From Polymyxa betae A26-41 (Eukaryota; Protista; Endomyxa: Phytomyxea), in contig RBZT01000995.1 of assembly GCA_003693705.1 (NCBI GenBank), positions 1 to 64,000 of the forward strand: a stretch of DNA of 64,000 nt. The letters are read 5' to 3'. Under the pieces are notes generated by a model, which worked only from the letters and a program-made list of their open reading frames with translations, was not told the origin of the DNA and did no database searches. Both the position numbers and the translations under genes were made by a program. Numbering within the stretch: the first letter of the stretch is position 1; each line of letters opens with the position of its first letter. Below, piece after piece: positions 25,171 to 40,282 of the stretch.

Positions 25171-26569
25171 ATGGCCGTTGTTGTTCAGGTCTACCACACA
25201 GACGACCATGCACTGCATGATCCACCTTATGAATATTTCGACGGAATCATTCAGCAGAAGTAGGCAGGCATAAACATCTTCATACCAATATGAAAGGCCT
25301 TTCAGATATATGGAATGCCCAGAACGTGTCACTATGATTCTCTCACAGCTTAAATCCAGCAGTGTTGGTTTCGAGTTCATCTTACTGGATCGTTTGAACC
25401 CGGAAAGGATCTCACAGATCATCAATGCTGCTGAGAAAGTTCATGCCAAGGTAACAATCATTAATGAAAAGTCTACAATCCACAATAGTGTTAGGACTAT
25501 ATCGCTTTCTTAAAATCTGCATACTCGGAATGGTCCAATACGCAGACCCTTGAGGAAGATGGCCAGGTGAAACCTTCACCTCCTCTGTTTGGTGCTTCGT
25601 ATCCGCCTCGTCATTGTGCTCGTTCTTCGAAGTCCATTTTAGGTAAAGCTGGATTTTACCTAAAAGATCTTTCATGTCCTATAGACCAGGTTAGAGCTTG
25701 TGTGTATTCAATTTACTTCACAGTCTAATTTTGTGTAGAATACCTGGGATGCTGCGCTGGCATCCGCAAACCTGGCTTTGACAGCTGCCGAAAAGCTGAG
25801 GCAATGCTCATCACGTAGCATACAGTTTGCAATGTGTAGACCGCCAGGACACCATTCTGGAAAATCATTCGCAGCAGGTTATTGGTACGAGTTTACCTGG
25901 TCTTAGGGCTCCAGTAACAGTCTATACAGCTACATAAATAATGCTGCATTGGCAGCTGAATTCTTGGTCCAGGAGTCCAAAGGTCGCGTGGCTATTATCG
26001 ACATTGAGTATGTACCATATGCAATGATGTTAACATACAAACATTCTAAAGGTGGTAAATTGTAGTTATCATGCTGGTAATGGGACTCAGGATATCTTCT
26101 ATGAACGTAACGATGTTTTCACCGTCTCCATTCACGGCGACCCCGACTTTGATTATCCATATTATGCTGGTTATGAGGATGAACGTGGCCAAGGTCAAGG
26201 CTATGGCTATCATCGTAATTTCCCTCTAGGTACTTCGCTTTGTCTGGAGCGTTCTCCAATCCGATAACAATCTGCACAGCCCCTGAAACTGACGACGACT
26301 CCTATTTGTCTGTGCTGCGAGATGTATTGAAACTCATTGGAGAATTTGTTCCTGATTATTTGGTGGTGTCTGCTGGGATGGATATCTTCAAGGATGATCC
26401 TTTAGGGACATTCAATATCACCACAGATGGAATCAGAAAAATTGGCGAACTCATAGGAACTGTATCTGTCCCTATTTTGGTCTGTCTAGAAGGCGGTTAT
26501 TGCAACGATGCCATTGGACTGAATATATCGAATTTATTAGAAGGAATGAGGAGCTTGTCTCCAGCCTGA
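25171..26569 (+). CDS. Histone-deacetylase-superfamily acetylpolyamine amidohydrolase (bacterial APAH-type)
   Basis: ECPERV, RPPGHH, GYCYINNAA, IDIDYHAGNGTQDIFY, VSIHGDP..YPYYAGY.DERG.G.G.G...NFPL, SAGMD..DDP, EGGY. Six GT-AG introns. Confidence 0.9.
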
Positions 26570-26587
26570 TTTCATTAATAAAGAACC

Positions 26588-27358
26588 TTATGACAGACGC
26601 TCTCTACGTATTGCACTAGCTTTTGCTGATTTCATCTTCGTCCTTTATCGCTTCTGCTTTGTGCTCTTTAACGAAATGACACTGACAGGTAAATAATTTT
26701 TGGATAGGATTCCAATCGGTCAAAAATCGTCCTTCGCCACGATCAATAGAGCGGTTTGGGATCTTGAATGCCACTAACACATAATCAATTTACATGTAAG
26801 CTATGAGAACAAATTGAAGGTACCGGTATCATAGGGCTCAGCAGCAAACAGAATATACTGATATCTAAGATCATGTGGCTCTATCTTCTGTTCGACTGAC
26901 GACATAAATCGATGTCTTGGTTGAATATTCTCAGCGAGATTCGGATACATAATACGAAACAAGATACTCAATTGCCCTGTCTCTGGATCACGTTGCTTTA
27001 CAATCTTATAACCAGGCGTTCCAATTTTGGCTACTTTCCTCGGTACGACCTTAGGCTTTCTTGCAGCTTGTACCTGGCCATCAATCAGAACTGAGCCCCC
27101 TGATTTCAATGCCATTTTGGCAGCACGCCGGGCCAGGTTCTGTTGATGGCGTTTCCCTTGGGTATGTGCAAGGTAACTGCCTTCATTTGTATGCAATGTC
27201 AAGCACAATTTGCACTCGATTGATCCCAAATGGTTTCGAAGGATATACGGATCCTTAGCTAGGTCAATCGTTTCCAACGCCAATTGCCTAAGTCGTTCAC
27301 GGCGATCAACATTGGCGTTGGTCGCCGACATGACACCACCGGATCCTGGCTTTGACAT
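26588..27358 (-). CDS. SF3A2: Splicing factor 3A subunit 2 (SF3a66/Prp11)
   Basis: RRERLRQLALETIDLAKDPY..ECKLCLTLHTNEGSYLAHTQGKRHQ, then FAAEPYD/VAFKIP across one intron. Confidence 0.97.
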
Positions 27359-27891
27359 GGTTAAAAGCGTGAATAATTAGATATCGGTATTGAAAGACAG
27401 AATGAGAAAGACAGATACAGATAGAGAGAGAGATATGATATAAACCTCTTGTGACTAAGATGGTTTCCGGGAATATAAACAGAAAGTGCGATCACATGTG
27501 ATCCATATTATTCATTCCATATTGGGAACAGAACGTAACAGATAGAGATTGCAGATATGATCACAATCTTTTTTTGACAAACACAATTTATCTAGACGCA
27601 CTATCAGTCGATCTCGATCGACGATCGTTAATTATATGAAAAGCCGTTATCATCGCTACAATACCTATTGTCAATAAACAGAGATAACAAGAAGAGTTTG
27701 TATGATACCGATATGGCGATATCATATGTTTATCAGTATCATACAAATAATGGCGATAAAGTGGTTTCGAGCGTTGAGATCTGCGTCCGCTCTGTTGAAG
27801 TTTATATTTGACGGAATGCGTACGGACTCCGTGACCTTGGGAAATTTCAATTTTCTTGTTCCCTCAACGCAATTACAGTTTGCAAAAGAGA

Positions 27892-28624
27892 ATGGCTCGA
27901 AAATCGAGGTCTAAGAAGACGCGGTCATCTTCGACGGCAATGGCTAAAGCCTGTAATGTAGCCGAAGATCAGAAAGAGAATAATATGACTATCACCGAAC
28001 CAGATATGGAAACACATTTGTTCTCAGATCAGGATGATCCCAATGTAGATCTAGTTCAGGCCCAGGCTGAGCATCTGGATCAAGTTGTTTCGCAAATTGG
28101 ACCTAAATCTCGATCTGTTATCTATGTCGGACATATTCCATTCGGTTTCTTTGAGCAAGAGCTTCATGGATATTTCTCTCAATTTGGTGATATCGTTAGA
28201 TTACGACTATCCAGGAACTCCAAGGTCAAAATACAACCTCTTCTTTTTTCAAGTCTGATTCTTCTTATAGACATTGAAATCACGCCATTTTGCTTTTATT
28301 GAATTCGACAACGCTCATGTTGCTGAAATTGCTGCTAAAGCTATGAATGGTTATATGATGTTTGGACGAACTTTAGTCTGTCATGTTGTAGATGACAATC
28401 AATTGCACAAAGCTACATTACGACGATATTGGAAAGTTGGTCAGTCCTATGAAAACAGACGTCCTGAGAAGGATCACGAATCTCGCGATGTCAAGCGAAC
28501 TGTACAGTCTCATGAACTTCGAATCAAGAAAATCGGGGAGAAACAGCAACGAAAATGCCAAAAACTCAAAGATCTCGGCATCAAGTTTCAACCCATTTTG
28601 CTGAACTCTCCAGCAGCTGTCTAA
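27892..28624 (+). CDS. NIFK: Nucleolar RRM protein NIFK/Nop15
   Basis: VIYVGHIPFGFFEQEL..YFSQFG..RLRLSRN, then KSRHFAFIEF..MNGYMMFGR after one intron. Confidence 0.9.
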
Positions 28625-28906
28625 TACATTTATTGATTATACTTATTGCTTCCCACTATGTTATGGAAATCTAATGTATTATTCCATTGTTCTTGTTGGG
28701 ATAATTGCTGGGTTGTTGTGCTTTTCATTTGCAAAAATGTCCAAATTTTACGGAATTTTTATAAGTTTTGTTTAAAGTGCGCAGGAGATTGTTTGTGCGA
28801 GTGCTGCCGGTACATGGGAGAAAAATATACAAATTTGGAGTCCGTACGGACCCATTCCTGAATTTCTGCCTGCAGGTTGAGGTTGCCATTGCGAACCTCC
28901 TCCCAA

Positions 28907-31544
<2,638 letters not shown>

Positions 31545-31596
31545 AATGTCCGACTTTCCACCTCAATTTATACAGATTATTGGTATCAATTTCAGG

Positions 31597-33385
31597 TTAT
31601 TGATGTTGTGCTCCAATTCTCCACGGTGGATAACTAATGGGCTCGTACGACATGGCCGGATCAGGGACAGGTTCATCGTTATCGAATGGGTCCAAATACT
31701 GATCAATTATAGCATTAGCTTCAGGCTGAAGATCCTCACGAACTAGACGAATATCTTCAAGGATAGCTTGAGCATCATTATCACGTAATGCCTGAACAGC
31801 ACCATCACCCGGTACTTGACGTAAAGCCAATTTCACGAATTTGAATCCCAGTTCAACTGCTTCTCCATCACGAGATCTGATTCATCGTTAAATTTCACAA
31901 AAAATTTTAGAAGCAACAAAAAAAGAAAAAGAAAATGAGAATGTGAAATTTCTAACGAACCTCATTAAACAAAGGAACTGATCTAATATCTGGCAGTTCC
32001 ATATTCTATCAAACACAATCTCGATTCTTGCAAGATTATACAGAGCGAATCCACATTCTTTCTGGATATCAAATGTTCCTGATCGAAATAGATTTACAAT
32101 CTTCGGTAAGAGATCAGTTTGATGACATATCTCTAATGCTCTATTAGGTGGTCCACCACTAATATTAGATAATGCCCACATAGATTCCTTAATAATAGCT
32201 GAACTTGATCCAACTAAACATCGCCCTAGATCTTGTATAAAATCACCTTGTTTTAATAGATTCTCTGCAATATGATCAGGACCACTAACAATATTTCCAA
32301 CACATCGTAATGATGCTAATAATGCATCATTTGTGGATCTCTCTTGATCAGGTATTGGAGTGGATATATATTTCAATGTTTGAGATAGAATATTACCGAG
32401 ACCAATATCTAATAAATATTGAGCGTGTTCTTGATCACCAGCTGTTAAATATGTAAATATCCAGAGAATTTCAGCAAGAATCTGAATCCGGCTCTGAGTC
32501 AGGGCATCCTCAGCCAGACGGGCCAGCACGGCCGGTAATCGAGACTGTACAATGGAACGTAATTCGTCAGGTGGGTTCTGTCCTCTGATTAGATTGCATA
32601 AAGCCCAAGCTGCAATTCGTCCCATCTCTACAGATTTAACATCCTAAAAGGGGTTTAATGACGATTTGACGGTTTCAATGTGATCAACCTGTAGAACGTT
32701 GAGAACAATATCAATGGCACCTAATGCACGTAAACGATGACGATTGCCAGGGTTATCAGCAGCAAGATTAGCTATAGTCCAACATGCTGCCTTCTGTCCT
32801 GATAAGCCTAATTGTAATATATGTAGTAATGTAGGTGCAATCTCAATAACAGATAGGGCATCATATCCATGGGCCAGCACATTTAGACACCAGATCGCTT
32901 CATCAACAATGTCAGGTTCAGCTGAATCAGATGTAATGAGTTCAGATAGAATTGGTATAACAGATGGTGTTGGATGTTGCTCTAGGACATGACGAAGTGA
33001 TTTTAATGCTGTCAATCTGTAAGGAATTTATAGTAAATATAATCTCTTATCAATAATGATAGCAACAACTAATTGAAACATTTATTTCAATGAGTACATG
33101 ACAATATATTCAATGGAATAGAAGAACAAAATAAAAGTAATCAAGATGCACTCTATAGATTTATTACCTTTGTTGGGGTTGTTGTATCGCTTGTATGCAT
33201 TGCTCAATAGATTGAAAATGTTGTGATAATTGATGTGGATTAGGACGAGCACGTTTAGCAGATATTAGACGCGATCGAGCATCTTTACGAAGCTCCTGTG
33301 ACAATCGAGAACGACGATCTCGATCTCGAATTCCAGATTCCGATGTCACATCTTTTATAGCAGTACGATGATTGATTGAGTTCAT
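31597..33385 (-). CDS. Divergent importin-alpha-like ARM-repeat protein (IMPA9/TMCO6-like)
   Basis: IBB-like RRSRLSQELRKDARSRLISAKR and ARM motifs ACWTIANLA, AAWALCNL, ESMWALSNI. Three introns. Confidence 0.8.
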
Positions 33386-34082
33386 CTCTAATCTTCAGAA
33401 ATCAACAATGTTAATCAACTTCAAGTCCGATGGAGTTCGCAATTTCAATCAAATTTTCAGATCCAGCCAGCGCCTCTCTTTCATTATGACCTTCACTTAT
33501 TTAAAACTTGTGTATCAAATCCTGTTTATTTCTCTGAACTGTCTTGTAATACTCGGTTGTTAGCAATTTCTTCACTCATCAATTGATCTTTGTAAATTTC
33601 TTGTATCTACTGGCTAACGCAATAACAATAAAGTGGCACAGAAACTAACATGACAAAAAAATAAAAAAGAATCTCTTTGTATGATTGGTCCGTATATATC
33701 AAAATCATATAGAACCTTTATATCATCAATGCGTGTTTTTTTATCATAATTCGAGAATATATGACAAGCTGTGTTTTCAAATCACTTCGAAAGTAGATGG
33801 GACGAGATCCAAAGACATCTTAATCTTTGGTCGCCGCCTCGTTCAATGCAAGGGAGCTCCGGGTGGCGCCCAATGTTGAGCACGGCCCAAACGCATACAA
33901 CAAATGCGTAGTGTATTTTGAACAAGTTGTAAATATTTCTTATTCGTATAATAAGTGCGTAGTATAGACAATAATTTTATAGAAGTACTTCTATATATAA
34001 ATGCGCAGTATAACAGGACAAGGTACTTGTGGGTTTCAGATCAATCTTCATTTGTTAATATTGTTATTGAAGGAAAATAGAC

Positions 34083-34944
34083 ATGTCATCATCTCAGACC
34101 CAATTCCCATTCCAATTCGGCAACCCATTCTCTTTGAATGCCATCCTTAGTGCCTCGTACATCGATAAACATACACAGGCGCAGCTGTCCCGAGTCTATT
34201 TGACTCTTGCTGCTACTCTGATGGCAGCAGCTGCTGGCTCATTCGCTCATATGTATGTCTGTTTCAAACTATTATCTCCAATGTCTCTGACATGATCATT
34301 TAGAAAATATCATTATTTTCCTGATCCTGCTATTCCATCGTTATTAACATTCCTTTCTATGATGGGTCTAATGTATACCAAACCTGACAAGGCCAACTTC
34401 AATATGCGATTTGCATTGTTAATGGCATTCGGATTTCTAAATGGAAGCTCTTTGGGATCCCTTATCAATCTTGCTATTCAAATCAATCCAGCTATTCTGG
34501 TAGCAGCTTTACTCTCAACCACATTAGTCTTCATTTGTTTCTCGATCTGTGCCATGCTTTCTACAGTAAGTCTATTGGTTAATTTGCATTCTCACAAACT
34601 GACTAAAAATATGCTGTTAGCGCCGTTCTATGTTATATCTTGGAGGAATATTATCATCAGTGACAACGTTCATGTTCTTCTCCAGCATTGTCAATTTTCT
34701 GTTTCGTACTACATTTATCCCCTGGATGCATGTCTATCTTGGCCTGTTTGTGTTTTGTGGATTTATCCTGTTTGATACCCAGCTTATCATCGAGCAAATC
34801 AAATCGGGCAACCGTGATTACATCATTATGTCCATGAATCTCTTTGTCGACTTTATCGCCATATTTGTTCGTCTTCTTGTGATTTTGATCAATAATAATG
34901 AGGAGCGCAAACGCAAGAAGGACTCTCGAAACAGTCGTCGCTAA
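34083..34944 (+). CDS. BI-1: Bax inhibitor-1 (TMBIM6)
   Basis: QLSRVYLTL, RRSMLYLGG, FDTQLIIE, DYI..LFVDFIAIFVRLLVIL and a basic tail. Two introns. Confidence 0.95.
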
Positions 34945-35045
34945 ATTTGTCACTTCACCATATTTATGATCTTTTCGTAAAAAAATCGATAATTTATATT
35001 TTCGAACAAGAGGTCTCATTTCTTTACACAAATAAAGCATTCGCA

Positions 35046-36020
35046 TTAGTCCTTCTGTTGCGGTTTCTCATTTCTAGTGATTTGTTTGTTGAAGGTTGTA
35101 TACAAAGTGATGATAGTAAAGTCAAAGACCAGGGTCCCAATACTGCCAATAACAAATGGCAACGTTCTGGCAAACCATCGTCCCCAGTTCACTTCCTCAG
35201 CCATCGCAGCCTCCAAAATGAATTGCAAACCACCGAAAACATTTGCTGCGATGCACAAGATGAAAGTTCGGACATCAAGGCCTTCGACTCGCTTGTTGAC
35301 AATCATAAATCGAATCTGAGGAACTCGAGAGAAGAAGTATAATGATCCTGCAATCCATGATGAAATGCTTCCAGTTAGAAATCTAATTGGATCATCACTT
35401 GTAGCATCACATAGATCCAACGATACAGATTGTAGCAATGATCTACTAGTTGCTGATTTCGATAATGAAAGCGATGACATTTGTAAGGCTCCTCCTCCAA
35501 ATAGAATGATGCCAGCGAACACAAGCGCGGGCGTTCGATTTCCACGCTTTTGGGATGATCTTCGATAGTAAGCTTTCTGTGAAAGCAATATGACGTCGTT
35601 AACACAGAAATATAATGCACATAATGTCATGGTCATACGCTGCTGAACAGTTATCGATCCAATCAAACTGCTTATATCTCCACTTAACCATACAATCAGA
35701 AATGTTGGGGATAATGCTGCCGTTGTCTGCAGATTTCGCAATTGAGTCAGTAAAGCAGTACGAAATTGTTCAGTGTTTGTTACCTTAGTTCTGTGATTGG
35801 TAATGATTTGGGGCAGTAAAGCAAATATCCAGACCAGAATGCTCAACATTCCACAGATAAACGGAGCCCATGTAACAGGGTCGTAAACGCTTGGAAAAAT
35901 ATTGGGTCAAGTATTTGATATGCGTCATGTTGATTACCATTCTCCAAAGTAGCTACCGACAAACTGGTTATATGAATATCCATTGGAATAATCAGGATTG
36001 CATATACATGATGAAGCCAT
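35046..36020 (-). CDS. PQ-loop lysosomal/vacuolar cationic amino-acid transporter (PQLC2/YPQ-like)
   Basis: Two PQ motifs (LLPQII, SRVPQI), WLSGD, and a spliced N-terminal YFGECVYD. Confidence 0.85.
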
Positions 36021-36216
36021 CAAAAACTCTGATCAATGCATTCATTGGGTTAAAATTCGGCGAGCTTTCGGTCCGAAAAAATCTAAGTTTATTACAGCTG
36101 GCATCGCCATATATGCTCGCCTCAAATCCATGCAAATATATGTGAGAGAATCGAGACCCGACTTTACGTCAAACTATCGAGCTGATGCAACATTTTTGCC
36201 TTACATGCCGCTGTGC

Positions 36217-37725
36217 TCATGAATGTAGATTGAGCTTAAAATCGAAATTTCCCCATCCCAATGCTGTCCTCAGTGCCATGATTCTTTTCAATAAATTTTT
36301 CAAGTCATCAGGCAACAGGAAGTTAAACCTTACAATCTGTCGTAAATCTGCTATACTTGGACCTGGACAATACTCCTGCGTGAGTTGTTTTGATTCGATT
36401 TCTTGTAAACGCTGAATCGTAGACATTAGCTCCCTTTGTGCATAATCTGTTCCATTCTGGAACCGTCTTTTAATGTCAAATTCGTCATCGATTTCTTGGG
36501 CAAAAGATCGATATGTTATATTCCAGTCATGCTGCAAATGCAGACAGGCACAAAGTCGCCAACAACTACCATCATATGTTCTTCTGACTTCGTAAAAACG
36601 AAATATTTCTTCAGTGCATAATATGATCTTCAGTTGACCCAATTTAGCGTTCTGGATTTCCACTGAATGCAGTAGGTTTTGGAAAAGTTGTTTTTCGGGA
36701 TATTGGTTCCACTTTTCTACGAACTGTTGATATTCTGGAGGTGTGGAAGATAAATCTCCAAATGACCTCGTAAGACCGTTCGATATTGCTTGCCTGATTG
36801 CCCATACTGCTTCTGATGCCAAAAACTTCAGCTCAGTAACTTGCATCTGATCATCTATCTGGTGATTCAGTGCCGGAGATACTGAGAGGCTTGTGGCATT
36901 ATCCAGGCCAGAATGTATAATCGTGAAGTAGCTCAATCTAGATGAGCGATCGGTATGATTCAGTGGTTTGTATGTCCTTAACCGCAAAAGCAATGCTTTC
37001 GCTTCATCGTCTGCAGTTAGTCCAGTTTTAGCTCGTCGAACATAACTCTGCTGGGCACCAATTTCAGCTGCTTTTAAAACAGTATCTTCAGAAGTGACCA
37101 ATGACAGGCTTTTGATCCATTCGCCCAATTCCATTTCAATTGCAAGTACTGGAGATGCAATTGAAGCTTGCGTTTGATAATCGACCAATATCTGTTCCAT
37201 GACTTGTCTGACATCAATCCTGTTATTAGCTGATGTTATACCCAGCAATGTAGTAATCTTGCTGTGCTGTCGCTGTAATCTCGCTCTCTTTCTATCAAAT
37301 GCAACCCAGGCATTACAGGTACTGTTAAAGATTAACGGTTGCGGCAACTTCTGACATTCTTGCAGCAGTTTATCACAGTCTTTCATGTGATCGTCAAATA
37401 TCTGATCCAAGACGGCATGAACTCTGTTGACTTTGGCCTGTATGCAAGAACGGGCATTTTGAAAGCTGATCTTTGACAGAAAATACATGTAGCTCGAGCG
37501 AAATTGCTCGATATTTTCTAAAGACAAATTCGATTGCAACGCCTGCGTGCGATTCAACAGCAAGTCCAGGAACTCATGATGGTGCTTGATCTGAACATGA
37601 TCAGGCTGAGCATATGTCTGGACTGCCGATGCAGTCGGCTTGCGAATTGTGACAAAGACAGCGAGCGCTATGACAGTAGTTACAATTGCAATTACTATAA
37701 TAACGAGCCTACATTTAGTAGGCAT
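36217..37725 (-). CDS. Hypothetical ~500-aa helical protein with N-terminal signal anchor
   Basis: Intronless long ORF with a hydrophobic stretch LVIIVIAIVTTVIALAVFVTI near the N-terminus. Confidence 0.7.
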   Translation of the reverse strand: MPTKCRLVIIVIAIVTTVIALAVFVTIRKPTASAVQTYAQPDHVQIKHHHEFLDLLLNRTQALQSNLSLENIEQFRSSYMYFLSKISFQNARSCIQAKVNRVHAVLDQIFDDHMKDCDKLLQECQKLPQPLIFNSTCNAWVAFDRKRARLQRQHSKITTLLGITSANNRIDVRQVMEQILVDYQTQASIASPVLAIEMELGEWIKSLSLVTSEDTVLKAAEIGAQQSYVRRAKTGLTADDEAKALLLRLRTYKPLNHTDRSSRLSYFTIIHSGLDNATSLSVSPALNHQIDDQMQVTELKFLASEAVWAIRQAISNGLTRSFGDLSSTPPEYQQFVEKWNQYPEKQLFQNLLHSVEIQNAKLGQLKIILCTEEIFRFYEVRRTYDGSCWRLCACLHLQHDWNITYRSFAQEIDDEFDIKRRFQNGTDYAQRELMSTIQRLQEIESKQLTQEYCPGPSIADLRQIVRFNFLLPDDLKNLLKRIMALRTALGWGNFDFKLNLHS

Positions 37726-37859
37726 CTTTAATGAAAGGGTCACTTAAATGAGTGAGTGGCCTCCCACTGTTAAATCGAAACCCTTTTACATCATACTTTG
37801 GATTCATCATGATACAGTAAGCAATTCTAACAATTTATCACAATGATAAGCAGGTGTAA

Positions 37860-38538
37860 TCAGGCATCTATCGGCTGGACATGGTCCTTCGGCGGGAAGC
37901 TCTTCTTGTAATAGATATTCAATACTGGGCATAATGCATCGCCGTATTTCGGAACTTTGCATTTCACGTCGAACTGAACTGGGGCGTCTTCGTCATTAAT
38001 AACCTGTGAGATGAGTAAATGTAATATCTATGTATAGGCACTGCTTACCTGAATCGGGCCGATACTTTCTCCTCCAACAGCACGTCCTCGCCACATAGAT
38101 TCTGACGTCGTTACCGATACTTTTTCACTCTTTCCTTGTGCAATCAACACCTCAGGATACCCATTTTCCTTACTAACAAGCATCAGAAATATATAATCCC
38201 TAAAAACCTATACATGCCGACCTTGGTAGAGCAACATATTGAACCTCATCATAATCGTCAGTTTGCCTGCAACTAACGAAATCTACCGAGACGCCACTAG
38301 GTAGAATTAATGAGCAATTTCTTGGTACATTGGATTCATCAGGTGTGAGAACATCAAGAGCTACAATCTCGACCCATTCAGATGGCTTAATCTTGATTTG
38401 ATATTTAAATTGAGGATCCCAGACCATACCAAAACCCTCTGCTATACCACCCATTACAAGTTTCCCAACAGGTTCATCATTGATATATGGCTCAGGCTGG
38501 TCCCGCCTCTCCTCTTCCTGTTGAATTTCAAGAAGCAT
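37860..38538 (-). CDS. Hypothetical protein (3 exons)
   Basis: Two GT-AG introns link ..VQYVALP, SKENGYPEVL..GPIQ and VINDEDAP..QPIDA*. No family recognised. Confidence 0.55.
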
Positions 38539-38869
38539 CTATCTCGGGCGTAATATCAACAACGGCAATCGAAGAGATGGATTCCGACGGGATTCCGCAC
38601 AACTACCGATTTGCGCCATTATTTTACGAGATCAAGAGGCATATACTATACAGTGGCTTACCCAGCAAAGTATTTCCTGGTTATAACAAAATGTTTCGTG
38701 ATTCTACCAAATTTAAAAAAACAGAAAGAATGTGACGTTCAAATTTTGGCGACAACTAGTCTAGCCAGCACGATATATAACTATCAAATATAGACAACAA
38801 AACTTAATGAAAAGAAGGCAATGAGAGACAATACCATGAGTGCTGTCTATCACATTTTATCTGAAAATT

Positions 38870-39186
38870 TTATCTCGGTGCTGATAAGACATCAGCTTCA
38901 AGATTTGGGGTCGACATTAATGTTATAAATTCTTTCGTTAACTGTTCGAACTTCTTCACGTCGCTTTGTTGGCTCGATTTAAATTTCAAACACTAAAAGA
39001 GAAATGGTGAGAAAGGAACGGGCAGAGTAGACGGCGTGTCTAAACCTTTCTATCGTCTGTCACTTTCAGCACAAGTTGAGACATATTATGCCTGTACTTG
39101 ATGCAATATCTAGTCTCGGCTGGTCGATTCAGAAACAGCTTTTTGGCCTCCAGGGAGAACCCAGCCCAATCCTCAACGTACACCAT
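38870..39186 (-). CDS. SRP9: Signal recognition particle 9 kDa protein
   Basis: MVYVEDW..F...AKKLF...P..TRYCIKYRH....LVLKVTDD, then CLKFKS..QSDVKKFE after one intron. Confidence 0.92.
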
Positions 39187-40282
39187 AATGTGTATAAATA
39201 ATTCAATAGAGTCTGCCAAAGGTGTTATCCAGCGGATGGAATGGAGAGCAGCTGGTAGAGACCAAGCAAATTCAAGCCCAGAATGATATTTCAAGTGACC
39301 TTCAGGCAGAATGGGACTAATAAAATGAGACCTGGTAGACGCACTACGCAATTGCTGGATCCTAATGTATTGGGGTTTGAGGGCCTTGGGATGGGGTGGC
39401 TGTCTTCACTATCATCATTCCTTCTATCTCTCTATCTTATTATCATTCAATTGTCAAGGCTCTAACTTCTTATCATAAACAATAATGTGCTGACAGACAT
39501 CATCTCTAATTTCAGGGACTCTTCAGTCTCTTTTGACTGACTATTGGTAAGTTCCTTATGGAACGATTTTGTGGCCGTTTCACCGGTTTTGATTCAATGC
39601 AAATGAATTATCAGTGGTCTAGATCAGAATTATAGTATAGTGAACAACGAATATGGAGAGCAAGCTTAATGAGTGGCTGATGTCTTTTACAATAGCTTTA
39701 TAGTTAGTCCGATTCCAGGCCGGCATTGATCAATATTTGATTTCTTTCATGCATATATTTACCAATTACATCGAGTAAATCAACTCCATAGAAATTGATG
39801 CGAAACGCTGACTTGCAGAAATGATCGAGAAGATATAGAATTAGATGTTGCTGCTTAAAGTCAAATTCATTAGTAATGCCATAGCTTTGATCACAAATAA
39901 GCTATCAATTCAATTCAGAAGAATACTTTCTAAAATGTAAACCTCAAGTGCAGTGAATTGAACATTTCGGTGTTGATCGTTAAGTTTATGAAACTGTTGA
40001 TTTTGATGCTGAGTTCAAGTAGTTAAGTACATATTGAGTCAAACATTTTAATAAAAAAGATGCCTATCTGCTTAATTCATTTTATACTGAAATGTGCTTT
40101 AGGATTTTTCGCTCCTGGGTATATGAATATGTACTGATTATCCACAGAAATCGGATCGGTCGAGTCTCTGCCACAGAATACCAAATTCATGCATGTTGAC
40201 ATACATCCTTCATATGTGGATTATTTAGTATTGTTTGGTGATTTAATCCAATTCATTTCTTGCCTAATTTCACTTAATCGTT

